Positions 19,590 through 28,662 are shown, counted from the first letter of the stretch. The stretch: 64,000 nt of DNA from Thermoanaerobaculia bacterium (GCA_963781065.1 CAWAET010000002.1:146462-210461), one strand, 5' to 3'. The notes: a model not told the origin generated them from the letters alone. Program-made: numbers and translations.

Positions 19590-22500
19590 CTGCCTCTCCC
19601 TCTTGCGTTGGGTGGATGCGAAACCGGCCTCACCTCGGAGGCTCGCGTGGCTTCCACGGGCTCTTGGATAGACGCGGCTGGGCGCCACTCACCCTGGATT
19701 ATGAAACCGGACCAGAAGTACGGGTGCGGGCGACTCGCTCGCAGAGTCAGCTGTGCCTTGCGGAGTGCCGCCGCTGGCGCGAGTCCTTCGACGAGCAAAC
19801 CGCGATAGAAGAGCTTCATCAGATCTGCCGTGGCACGGTCGCGCACCTTCCAGAGGCTGACGATCACCCGCGGCGAGCCGGCGTACATGAAGCCGCGGGG
19901 CAAACCGACCAACCCCTCGCCCCGCACTTGCTTGCCGAGCGCGGTCTCGCACGCGCTCAGTACCACCAGGTCAGCCTGCAGCTCGAGGTTGTAGACCTCG
20001 TGCGCCCTGAGGAGCCCGTCGACCGGCTCGCCCCGACGATCCACCTGCGACAGGACGATGCCGGAGAGGGCCGGCTGCTCGGCGTTCAACACGGCATGGG
20101 TCGCGAAATGAACGATCCGATAGCCCGCGAGCCGGCCCGAAACAACGTTCTGCTTGGTCGCGTCGAAGTCGAGCGCTCGGAAGGCCCCCTCCGACGGCAC
20201 CAGGCTGAGGATCGCCTCGGCTTCCGCTCGTGACTGCGGCAGCCGCGGCCAGGGGCCGGAGTCGATCTGCCCGTCTCTCGCCGGCGAAACGGCCGGAGCC
20301 CTGACCAGGCTCTGCGACCCGCGGCTTTCCCCGACGACCCTGCTGTCGTCGGGACCGAACACCGGATCCGCCAGAATGGCGATCGTCCCTCTGGGCCTCT
20401 GCCGGCCGTCGTCTCGTCGGAGCGCCGCGAGCGTCGAGGCGGAGGGAAGGTGGACGATCTCGTGGCTGACGACGAGCGGCTCGGCGGTCAGGCAGCGGTC
20501 CAGGGAAGACGGCTCCGGCAAGGCCCCGAACGGCAGGTACTCCAGGGCGCCGTCGGCGACGATGAGCAGCCGCTTGCTCCCCAGCCGGCTCGCCGCCGGC
20601 TGCAGGAGCTGGCGGCTCAACTCGCACAGCAGGGCCGTGGCGCGCCCTTCGCTCTGCCGCCGAGGGCCTTCCTGTAGCAGCTCGCGGATCGCCCGCACTT
20701 TGCTCTCGATCTCCAAGGCCGGCGCCAGCTCGAAGGCGGCCAACTCCTCGGTGGAGAGAAGCCACAAGTAGCTCCGCTCGCGAGCCAGCCGATACTCGAG
20801 CAGCACGGTGTCAGCGTCCAGCAGGCTGTCCTGGATCTCTCCCACGGTCAGCGGCGGCGGTTGGGTCAGGGCGGCATAGCGAGGACTCTGGCGTCGGATC
20901 GCGGCCCGGACCGCATCAAGCCGTTCCAAGGCAACTCCGACCGCCTCTGCCGCGGCCGCTCTCTGCGTCTCGCCAGCCGCCTCATCCTCCATCACCTCGA
21001 CGCTACGGTTGAGCACCCGCTGCATGGACCGCTCCTGCTCGAGAAGCTGCGGCGCAGCGCTGTCCCGGATCTCGGCCCCGGCCTCGCTGAGCAGGTCCAG
21101 CAGTGATCGCGCCCGCGCGCGCTCGTTCACCTGCAACGCGAGCGCGGCGTGCCCGGCCAGGGGGTCGGTCCGGTCAAGCTCCATCAACAGGTCGATGTAG
21201 AAGTCGAAGTACTGCTGCACGGCGGCAAAGAAGGAAACACGCAGCTCCTCGCTGAACGGCTTCAGCCGCAACCCCTCGATGATCTCGAGAGCCCGTCTGC
21301 CCGCCGCGAGCGCCGGTTGCAGTTCGCCCCGCTGACGCTCTGCGGTCGCCACCCCCAGGAGCGCTCGCGCCTTGCCGAGGGGGTCCCCGATCACGTTGTA
21401 GATCTCCAGGGCCGCGCGGTAGTAGTCGAGAGCTTCCTGGCCCCGGCCGAGCCGACTGTGAAGATCGCCGAGGTTGGTGAGCAGAGCGGCCTTCGACCTC
21501 GGACTGTCGACGGACTCGAGCAGTTCGAGAGCCTCCAGGAAGCTCGAGCGTGCCTGCTCGACGTCACCGCTGGCGAGCAGAACCGAGCCGATCTCCCGCA
21601 AGGCGACGGCCTCGCCCCTCCGGTCCTTCCGCTGGCGGCGGAGAGCCAGGGCATCGCGCAGAGTGTGGAGGGCGAGCTCGGTGTCGCCGGACTCGAAGGC
21701 CAGCTGGCCAATCTGGCTCAAAGAGGAAGCCTGCCAGCTCTCCTCACCCAGCACCGCGAACTCGCGCTCGGCCATTCGCAGCTGCTCGAGGGCCGCTTCT
21801 CGCCGGCCCTGCTGGCGGTAGAGCGTGCCGAGATTGTGCAGCTGGAAAGCCCGGTAGCGACGATCCTCTGGCCGATCGAGCCGCGCCAGAGACCCCTCGA
21901 AGCTGTCCAACGCCTTCTGCGTCTCTCCCTGGATCTTGTAGATGTTGGCCAGCGCTCCGAGCGAGATCCCCTCGCCGCGACGATCGCCCAACTCCCGATT
22001 CAGCGCCAGCACTCGGGTGTTGTAGCCGATCGCCCGCTCCATCTCTCCCAGCTCGAAGCAGTCCGTCGCCAGATGGCCCAAGCTGACCGCGAGGAACCTC
22101 GGCGCGGCTTGGCGCTCGAAGGCCGCCACCGCCTGCTCGTGGAAACTGGCCGCCCTGGCCCAGTCGCCGAGATGGCGATACGTGCTGCCGATCCGGTCCA
22201 GGCTCTCCGCCTGCCAGAACTCGTCCCCGGCACGGCGCCACCGTTCCAGCGAGTCCTGGAACGGGATCAGGGCCTCGCGGTATCTCCCGTCCCAGTACAG
22301 CTGCTCGCCCTCGTGGAACTTCCGCGCCGCCTGCGCTCTGAGCTGCTCGCCAACGCCGGCTCGGCGCAGAGAGACCAGGGAGAGCACGTAGTCGCCACCG
22401 GCATCCTCGCTCTCCCACGCCTGCAACCGAAGCCGATGGGTACCGCTTTGCACGGCGACCCCGAGCATGGGCTCGACGCCGAGATCGGCGATTGGCAGGT

Positions 22501-22852
22501 CCATCTCGAGTAACAGGCCGTCGTCCGGCCCGAACAGGCTCAGGCCGACGTCGATGCCCCTCTGTTCCACCTCGAGGTCGAAGTAGTCGCCGGCTTCGAG
22601 AACCAGTAGATAGTCGTGGACCTCGCCCGGCAAGACGCGGCCTTCGATCGGCTCACCAAGCGAGAGCCGCGGCAGCCCTTCGTTCCCGGCGCTCTCCGGC
22701 GTCGACACAGCGATGGCCTCCGCCTTGGCGCCTGCCGGCTCAACGCTCTCCTCCCGCGCCGCGGGGCAGGCGCCCAGCACCAGGGCGCCCGCAAGCGCCG
22801 CCGCCCGCCACCGTCGCGCGACGCAACTCCGGCTCAGCATTCGTCTCCACAC
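19586..22852 (-). CDS. TPR-repeat CHAT-domain (caspase-fold, clan CD) protease, probable lipoprotein
   Basis: N-terminal signal with lipobox LVLGAC. A PPC-like beta-sandwich segment (GEVHDYLLVLEAGDYFDLEV...YVLSL) is followed by a long TPR array. The C-terminal CHAT has His motif IVHFATHA and Cys motif LVVLSACETALG, ending in PYFWSGFIIQGEW. The alternative start ATG 22840 is equally plausible. Confidence 0.85.
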   Translation of the reverse strand: MWRRMLSRSCVARRWRAAALAGALVLGACPAAREESVEPAGAKAEAIAVSTPESAGNEGLPRLSLGEPIEGRVLPGEVHDYLLVLEAGDYFDLEVEQRGIDVGLSLFGPDDGLLLEMDLPIADLGVEPMLGVAVQSGTHRLRLQAWESEDAGGDYVLSLVSLRRAGVGEQLRAQAARKFHEGEQLYWDGRYREALIPFQDSLERWRRAGDEFWQAESLDRIGSTYRHLGDWARAASFHEQAVAAFERQAAPRFLAVSLGHLATDCFELGEMERAIGYNTRVLALNRELGDRRGEGISLGALANIYKIQGETQKALDSFEGSLARLDRPEDRRYRAFQLHNLGTLYRQQGRREAALEQLRMAEREFAVLGEESWQASSLSQIGQLAFESGDTELALHTLRDALALRRQRKDRRGEAVALREIGSVLLASGDVEQARSSFLEALELLESVDSPRSKAALLTNLGDLHSRLGRGQEALDYYRAALEIYNVIGDPLGKARALLGVATAERQRGELQPALAAGRRALEIIEGLRLKPFSEELRVSFFAAVQQYFDFYIDLLMELDRTDPLAGHAALALQVNERARARSLLDLLSEAGAEIRDSAAPQLLEQERSMQRVLNRSVEVMEDEAAGETQRAAAAEAVGVALERLDAVRAAIRRQSPRYAALTQPPPLTVGEIQDSLLDADTVLLEYRLARERSYLWLLSTEELAAFELAPALEIESKVRAIRELLQEGPRRQSEGRATALLCELSRQLLQPAASRLGSKRLLIVADGALEYLPFGALPEPSSLDRCLTAEPLVVSHEIVHLPSASTLAALRRDDGRQRPRGTIAILADPVFGPDDSRVVGESRGSQSLVRAPAVSPARDGQIDSGPWPRLPQSRAEAEAILSLVPSEGAFRALDFDATKQNVVSGRLAGYRIVHFATHAVLNAEQPALSGIVLSQVDRRGEPVDGLLRAHEVYNLELQADLVVLSACETALGKQVRGEGLVGLPRGFMYAGSPRVIVSLWKVRDRATADLMKLFYRGLLVEGLAPAAALRKAQLTLRASRPHPYFWSGFIIQGEWRPAASIQEPVEATRASEVRPVSHPPNARGRGR

Positions 22853-23123
22853 TGCTCGCTCGAGCCCGAACCGCCGTCAGCGGCCGCTTCGATTCGTGGA
22901 TCGGTCACCGAGTTCTCCTCGAGACATTGACGCGGACTGAAATCGGAACCTTAAAGCCAGTCTCTCACAAGCACTGGCGACAGGCAGAGCGGTCAGCGCG
23001 ATCTCCGAGCCTCACCGTACTCCTGAAGCCTGGCCCTCTTCGATGAAGAGGCCACGGTAGGCCGAGCCGCACCAGGCCTCGCCCCCTCCCGGCTCCCGGC
23101 GGGGAGCCGGCGCCCCCTCCTCC

Positions 23124-24935
23124 CTACTCCTCCGCCACCGGCAGCCCGAGCGAGCGCATCAGGGCCAGGGCATTGCCGCGGGTGACGGTACCGGGCCGCA
23201 GCCGGTAGTCGAAGGCCATGCGACCCTGCTCGAGGTGGTCCTCGAAGTGGACGTTGACCGCCGCCGGCGCCAGCTCGTCGGCGATCTCGGCCAGCGCCAG
23301 GTCGTGGGTGGTGACCAGGCCGATCGCCCCCGCATCCAGCAGCCCGCGGATCACCCCGGCGGCACCGAGCCGCCGGTCGTGCGAGTTGGTGCCGTGCAGG
23401 ATCTCGTCGAGCAGGAACAGGGTCGGCCCGGCCGCCGCCAGCTCACCGATCTGACTGAGGCGCTGCAGCTCGGCGTAGAACCGCGAGACCCCCTCGAGCA
23501 GCGAGTCGTGCAGCTGGATGCTGGCACCCACCTGCAGCGGGGTCAGCCGCAACCGGCTCGCCGGCACCGGTGCACCGGCGAGCGCGAGGACCGCCGCGAC
23601 GCCCACCGTGCGCAGCAGCGTGCTCTTGCCCGACATGTTGGACCCGCTGACGAGCAGGAGCCGCGGCCCATCACCGGTCGCGGAGCCGCCCAGAACGACG
23701 GTGTTGGCCACCCTCGCCCCGACCGGCAGCAACGGATGGGCGAGGTCGCCACCCTCGAGCCGCGGCGGCCCGTCAAGGATCTCCGGCAAGACGTACTCCG
23801 GGTTCTCGTAGGCAAACGTCGCCAACGAACTGAGCGCCTCGAACTCGCCGATCGCCCGCAGCCAGCCGCCCACGGCCGCGCCGTGCCGCGCCCGCCAGCG
23901 CTCGGCGGCGAAGGCGAATTGGGTGCCCAGGAGCAGCAGCGCCGCGATCGGCTGGAAGAAGAGGTTGCCCCGCGAGTCGTTCCACTCGATCAACCGGGCC
24001 AGCTCGAGGAGCCGCGCGCTCGGCCGTTGCCGGGCGTCGGCGGACCGGCGCTGCAGGTCGCGCAGCCGGGCGCTAGTAAAGCTCTGCGATTCGAGCCGGC
24101 TCAGCAGCCCCGCCAGGAAGCGCAGCTCTCCAGCCGGCGCGGCGAGGCCGGCCAGCACTTCCTTGACGCGCGCCCTCACCGCCAGCGCCAGCAGCCCGGC
24201 GACGGCGAGCCCCGGCAGAACGAAGCGGCCGGGGAGCGGCCCCGACAGCCAGGCGGCGAGCGCGGCTAGATTGATCGCTCCGAGCACGGCCGCGACGACC
24301 GGCCCGGCCGCCCCGCTGAGCCGCGCTGGCGCGCGGCCCCACCTATCGAGATCCTCGCCCCGGACCTCGGGCGACAGGTCGGCCGCCAGGATCGTCAGCT
24401 CCTCGCGCAGATCGAGCCGCTCACGAAGCTCGGTGGCGGCCTGCTGACGGCCTGCGATCCGCTGCGGCGTGGCGGGAGCCGACAACCACGCGGCCAGCGT
24501 CTGCCGCCCGGGAAGACTGTGCGCCGTGCAGAGCAGCGCATAGACCGAGCCGCGGCCGAACAGATCGAGATCCTCGGCATAGGGATGCTCCTCATCGCGG
24601 TACTCGGCGCCCTCGTCGAGCGGATCGGACCAATCTCCGGCCAGCCGGGCCAGGCCCCGCCGGTAGAAGGCGGCGGCCAGCCTTCGCCGGGCCAGCGCCG
24701 AGACGACCGGACCGTGCGCCGCCACCAGGGCGACGAACGCAGCCACCGGCAGGGCGAGCCAGGCCGGGTGCCATGTGCCATTGACCAGCACCGGCCACAC
24801 CATGGCGGCGGCGACCAGGAAGACCGCCACGCGAGCGTTGCCCAGCCGCCGGTCCAACCGGTCCAGCCGGGCGATCTCGGCCTCGCGTTGCCCGAGCCGG
24901 CGCGGGTACTCCTCCTGGGCGGCGGCTTGCGGCAC
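23124..24935 (-). CDS. MutS-related ABC-type ATPase (MutS domain V only) with N-terminal transmembrane segments
   Basis: 603-aa ORF with several hydrophobic helices in the first ~260 aa. The C-terminal MutS ATPase has motifs SGSNMSGKSTLLR, LLDEILHGTNSHDR, TTHDL. No mismatch-binding or Smr domain is evident. Confidence 0.75.
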   Translation of the reverse strand: MPQAAAQEEYPRRLGQREAEIARLDRLDRRLGNARVAVFLVAAAMVWPVLVNGTWHPAWLALPVAAFVALVAAHGPVVSALARRRLAAAFYRRGLARLAGDWSDPLDEGAEYRDEEHPYAEDLDLFGRGSVYALLCTAHSLPGRQTLAAWLSAPATPQRIAGRQQAATELRERLDLREELTILAADLSPEVRGEDLDRWGRAPARLSGAAGPVVAAVLGAINLAALAAWLSGPLPGRFVLPGLAVAGLLALAVRARVKEVLAGLAAPAGELRFLAGLLSRLESQSFTSARLRDLQRRSADARQRPSARLLELARLIEWNDSRGNLFFQPIAALLLLGTQFAFAAERWRARHGAAVGGWLRAIGEFEALSSLATFAYENPEYVLPEILDGPPRLEGGDLAHPLLPVGARVANTVVLGGSATGDGPRLLLVSGSNMSGKSTLLRTVGVAAVLALAGAPVPASRLRLTPLQVGASIQLHDSLLEGVSRFYAELQRLSQIGELAAAGPTLFLLDEILHGTNSHDRRLGAAGVIRGLLDAGAIGLVTTHDLALAEIADELAPAAVNVHFEDHLEQGRMAFDYRLRPGTVTRGNALALMRSLGLPVAEE

Positions 24936-25020
24936 GACTAGGTCGGACTCTACACCCCGATCGGCTGCAACAGCTTGCCTTTCCTAGGTCCGGCTGACCG
25001 GAAACTCGAGGGCGGCGCTC

Positions 25021-25950
25021 TTAGAAGGGCAGCGGCTCACCGTCGCGGGCCGTCCGCTCGCGGAACAACTCTCGCAGTCGCCGCGTCAGCGGCCCGGCAC
25101 CACCGTCGCCGATCCGTCGCCCGTCGATCTCCAGCACCGGCGACAGCTCGCCCATGGTGCCGGTGGTGAAGACCTCGTCGGCGGTCCACAGCTCGGCCGG
25201 GGTGATGCGCGCCTCGCGGGTGGGAATCTCGGCCTCGCGGGCGATCTCGAGCACCACCTTGCGGGTGATCCCCGGCAGACAGCCGTCGGCGATGGGGGTC
25301 GCCAGCTCGCCGTACTTGACCAGGAAGATGTTGGTGGCGTTGGTCTCGGCGACAAAGCCGCGCAGGTCGAGCATCACCGCGTCGTCGACGCCGGCGGCGT
25401 CGGCCTCGAGCTTGGCCAGGATGTTGTTGAGCAGGTTGTTGTGGTGGATCCTGGAATCGAGGCACTGCGGCGGGTTGCGACGGATCGAGGAGGTGATCAG
25501 CCGGATGCCGGCCGGGTCGTAGACCGGCGGCTTCCACTCCGCGAGGACGATCAGGCAGGTGCCCTTGCGGTTGAACCGCGGGCTCATGCCGGAGGTCGAC
25601 TTGGGACCGCGGGTCAAGGTCAACCGGACGTGGGCGCCGTCGCGCATGCCGTTGGCCTCGAGGGTGGCGAACAGCGCCCGGCGCACCGCGGCCGGGTCCG
25701 GAAGCGGCTCGAACCGCAGCGCCCGGGCCGAGTCCAGCAGCCGCTCCAGGTGGTCGGCGAGCCGGAAGACCCTGCCGTCGTAGACCCGCAGCCCCTCCCA
25801 CACCGCGTCACCGCCCTGGACCGAGCTGTCGAACACCGAGACCCGGGCCTCGGCGCGCGGCCACAGCCGGTCGCCGACCCAGACCTGGATCTCGGCGTTG
25901 CGCGGATCGGCAAGCTCCTGGGGCAGATAGTCGGCCATGGGCTGAGGCAT
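25021..25950 (-). CDS. ilvE: Class IV (branched-chain / D-amino-acid) aminotransferase
   Basis: 309-aa ORF with SVFDSSVQGGDAVWEGLRVYDG, RLTLTRG, GFVAETNATNIF and GITR motifs, typical of fold-type IV PLP enzymes. The gene symbol is tentative. Confidence 0.8.
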   Translation of the reverse strand: MPQPMADYLPQELADPRNAEIQVWVGDRLWPRAEARVSVFDSSVQGGDAVWEGLRVYDGRVFRLADHLERLLDSARALRFEPLPDPAAVRRALFATLEANGMRDGAHVRLTLTRGPKSTSGMSPRFNRKGTCLIVLAEWKPPVYDPAGIRLITSSIRRNPPQCLDSRIHHNNLLNNILAKLEADAAGVDDAVMLDLRGFVAETNATNIFLVKYGELATPIADGCLPGITRKVVLEIAREAEIPTREARITPAELWTADEVFTTGTMGELSPVLEIDGRRIGDGGAGPLTRRLRELFRERTARDGEPLPF

Positions 25951-26043
25951 TATCCACCACGTTCGCCCGTGCCGGCAGGCCGCGGGGGTCGCCGCGCAGG
26001 GATCGCGGCCGACCCGGCCGCAAGCGGCGGCGAGAAGCTGGTC

Positions 26044-26769
26044 TCAGGCGCCGCGAATGGCGTGCGCCAGCAGCCTCAGGTAGTGCGGCCGCGCCTCCTC
26101 AAGGACCGGCCGCAGCCGCTCGGGGAAGGGGCCGGTCTTGGGCCGGTAGGGCGCAAAGCCGGTCGAGCGGTGGACGTTGGCGTACCAGTGCGGCGCCCAG
26201 ACGCCGTCCTCGGGCCGGCCGCCGGCCGGCCAGCTCAGCATGCCGGGATCGGGCTCGAGGCCGAGGCGCCGGCAGAGCTTCTCGAGCACCGCCGCCGGCG
26301 CCAGCAGCAGCTCGCGCGAGTCGACCACCGGCGGCTCGGCGCCGGACCGGCGCAGCTCGTCGAAAAGCGCGCTCTGGATCGCGATGCCGGTGTCGGCCAG
26401 GCGCGGCGCCGCCAGCTGGTGACGCAGGCTGCGCAGCACCTCCGCCGGGTCGCGGATCAGCAGGACGTTGGCGGTCTCGGCCAGAAAGCTCCGGTCGAGC
26501 TCGACCAGATGGTGGGCCATCTGCTTGAGAAACAAGACCGGCCGGTCGCAGGGGCCGAGGATCACCCGCCGCACCACCCGGTCGCCGTCGCAGTCGACCG
26601 CCGCCATCACCTCGCCGCCGCCCGGATGGTCGGCACCGCTGACCCGCAGGTAGTGGCCGTAGAGCGGCTCGTCGACCACCCGCGTATCGGGCCGCTGGCC
26701 GAAGGCGTACATCAGGGCCGTCGAGACGTTGCGCGGCCCCGACCAGAGGTTGATCCGCAGCGTGGCCAG
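26044..26769 (-). CDS. Sulfotransferase-fold P-loop-like protein of an uncharacterised family; start codon unresolved
   Basis: ORF-track ATG 26712 gives MYAFGQRPDTRVVDEPLYGHYL.... The same frame stays open upstream and encodes LATLRINLWSGPRNVSTAL, a phosphate-binding-loop-like motif. No ATG/GTG/TTG is available there; the nearest candidate is CTG at 26769, immediately after the upstream stop. Confidence 0.5.
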   Translation of the reverse strand: MATLRINLWSGPRNVSTALMYAFGQRPDTRVVDEPLYGHYLRVSGADHPGGGEVMAAVDCDGDRVVRRVILGPCDRPVLFLKQMAHHLVELDRSFLAETANVLLIRDPAEVLRSLRHQLAAPRLADTGIAIQSALFDELRRSGAEPPVVDSRELLLAPAAVLEKLCRRLGLEPDPGMLSWPAGGRPEDGVWAPHWYANVHRSTGFAPYRPKTGPFPERLRPVLEEARPHYLRLLAHAIRGA

Positions 26770-26770
26770 C

Positions 26771-27922
26771 TCAGCCCCCGTCGAGCCACGACGGGCGTAG
26801 CCGCAGGGTGAGCACCAGGCTGCTGCCGTCGGGCTCCACGGTCCGCATCCGCAGGCCGCAGCCGCGCCCGGTGACCTCGCAGCCAGCCAGCAGCAGCCAG
26901 CGACCGTTGGCCAGGCGCAGCAGATGGCTGTAGCCGACCTCGTCGCCCGCCACCGGCTCGGCGGCCGGCAGGCTGGCCACGACCCGCCAGGGGCCGCCGG
27001 GCGGCCGCTCGCTCAGGTGGAGCTCGGGCAGGCCGGGGCCGCGGTTGTCGAACCAGGCCACCGACAGGGGCGCGGCGGGGTCGGTGACCGGCAGATCGAC
27101 CGACCAGGCGGGCTCGGCCCCGGGCGCCGAAGCGTCGCCGTCCCAGGGCAGCCACCGGTTGACGGTCCAGCCGGCGCCGCCGTCCGGGGAGAGGTAGATC
27201 CGGCCGTCGCGGGCCAGGTAGGCGACCTCGTCGCCCGGCCGCGGCACCAGGTGACCGCGCTCGCGCGCCGGCAGACCCGGCAGCCCGGTCACCCAGGAAG
27301 ACGGCCTGAGGCCGGCGAGGAAGCGGCCGCTGCCGGTGAAGACGCCGGCGCCCGCCGTCGCCGTCGCCGCCGGACTGCCCACCGCCGCGACGGGCAGGCT
27401 GCCCTCCTCCTCCCACCCCCCGGCGGTCAGTCGGTAGGCCTCGGCGAGCACCACGCCGGCCTCGTCGGTCGGCCGGTGGAGGACGACCCAGGGCGTGCCG
27501 TCGCCGTCACGCGTCGGATAAGCGGTGGCCGAGGAGGCCGCCGCAAGGGCCCCCCCCAGCGCCTGCCAGCCGCCGTCGGCCCAACTCATCAGCTGCAGAC
27601 AGTCGTCGCCGCAGCGGCTGAGAACCAGCACCGGGCCGGGAGCCACGGAGCCGCCCAACCGTCGCCGCTCACGCCAGTCCGGGTAGAGATTCGCCACCCC
27701 GGCCAGCGCCCGCAGCTCGACGATCCAGCCGGGGATCGCCTCCTGCCGGCTGGGCATGGCAAACAGGGCCACGCCCGCGACCGTGTCGACGCCGATCAGG
27801 GTGAGCGCCGTGTAGGCGTCGCAGACCTGGCGCAGGTCGAGATCGGCAGCGCCGGCCGGAGCCGTCCCGGCGCAGCAGACCGCCACGACCACCGACAGCA
27901 ACAACAGCCGCCGTCTCATCAC
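26771..27922 (-). CDS. Secreted hypothetical protein
   Basis: 383-aa ORF with a clear signal peptide MMRRRLLLLSVVVAVCCAGTAPAGAAD and non-shadow composition (W/D/Y-containing). No recognisable domain. Confidence 0.55.
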   Translation of the reverse strand: MMRRRLLLLSVVVAVCCAGTAPAGAADLDLRQVCDAYTALTLIGVDTVAGVALFAMPSRQEAIPGWIVELRALAGVANLYPDWRERRRLGGSVAPGPVLVLSRCGDDCLQLMSWADGGWQALGGALAAASSATAYPTRDGDGTPWVVLHRPTDEAGVVLAEAYRLTAGGWEEEGSLPVAAVGSPAATATAGAGVFTGSGRFLAGLRPSSWVTGLPGLPARERGHLVPRPGDEVAYLARDGRIYLSPDGGAGWTVNRWLPWDGDASAPGAEPAWSVDLPVTDPAAPLSVAWFDNRGPGLPELHLSERPPGGPWRVVASLPAAEPVAGDEVGYSHLLRLANGRWLLLAGCEVTGRGCGLRMRTVEPDGSSLVLTLRLRPSWLDGG

Positions 27923-27953
27923 TCAGTTGCCGGCCGTAGGAGGCGCCGGGCTG

Positions 27954-28499
27954 CTAGTGCGGGGTCGCCGTCGGCGCGAGGACCATCACCATGCGACGAC
28001 CCTCGAGACCGGTGGTGCGGCCCTCGACCTCCGAGATTTCGGCCAGCTCCTGCGAGACCCGGTCCAGGATCTCGGCCCCCAATTCGGGCCGGCGTAGCTG
28101 GCGGTAGCGGAAGAAGATCGTCACCTTGACCTTCTTGCCCTGCTCGAGGAAGCGGCGGGCGCGCTTCGTCTTGATGTCGTAGTCGTGGTCTTCGATGTTG
28201 GGTCGGTACTTGATCTCCTTGACATCGATGACATGCGTCTTCTTCTTCGACTCGCGCTTCTTCTTCTCGCGCTCGTACTTGAGCTTGCCCCAATCCAGGA
28301 TGCGGACGACCGGCGGGTCCGCGGTGGGGCCGACCTCGACCAGATCCAGGCCGCGCTCCTGGGCCTCGCGCCGCGCGTCCTCGATCGAGACGATGCCCAT
28401 CTGCTCGCCCTCGGGACCGATCAGCCGCACCGGGCTGCGCCGGATGCGGAGATTGGTCCGCGGCTCCTGGACCTTGGGCGCTGGCGCTCGGCGTCTCAC
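27954..28499 (-). CDS. infC: Translation initiation factor IF-3
   Basis: IRRSPVRLIGPEGEQMGIVSIEDARREAQERGLDLVEV...KYRPNIEDHDYDIKTKRARRFLEQGKKVKVTIFFRYRQL.... The start is uncertain; the GTG at 28499 is chosen here, and IF-3 genes commonly use unusual starts. Confidence 0.85.
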   Translation of the reverse strand: MRRRAPAPKVQEPRTNLRIRRSPVRLIGPEGEQMGIVSIEDARREAQERGLDLVEVGPTADPPVVRILDWGKLKYEREKKKRESKKKTHVIDVKEIKYRPNIEDHDYDIKTKRARRFLEQGKKVKVTIFFRYRQLRRPELGAEILDRVSQELAEISEVEGRTTGLEGRRMVMVLAPTATPH

Positions 28500-28662
28500 G
28501 AATTCGGGGCGACAGGCGCGATTCCGCACCGGGCTGGCGACAGCCCGCGACCGGAGAGGGGATACCGAGAGGGAGCGCTCAAGCTACGACCGGAAGCGCT
28601 GCGGAGGACTGGCAGGAAGCAATCACTGGCGCAGAGCTTAACACAGGACCGGGGCGGAAGAG

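Noticed and set aside
23089-23110. GC-rich hairpin CCGGCTCCC-GGCG-GGGAGCCGG, 14 nt downstream of the MutS-like stop, as an intrinsic terminator.
   Set aside because: No U-tract follows it on the minus strand. It may still act as a terminator in a high-GC organism, but the sequence alone does not support the call.
28500-28529. Longer infC start (MRNRACRPEF...) from the ORF track.
   Set aside because: IF-3 homology begins around ...NLRIRRSPVRLIG. The extra residues are not IF-3-like, and the exact initiator (GTG 28499 or a non-canonical codon) cannot be settled from the sequence.
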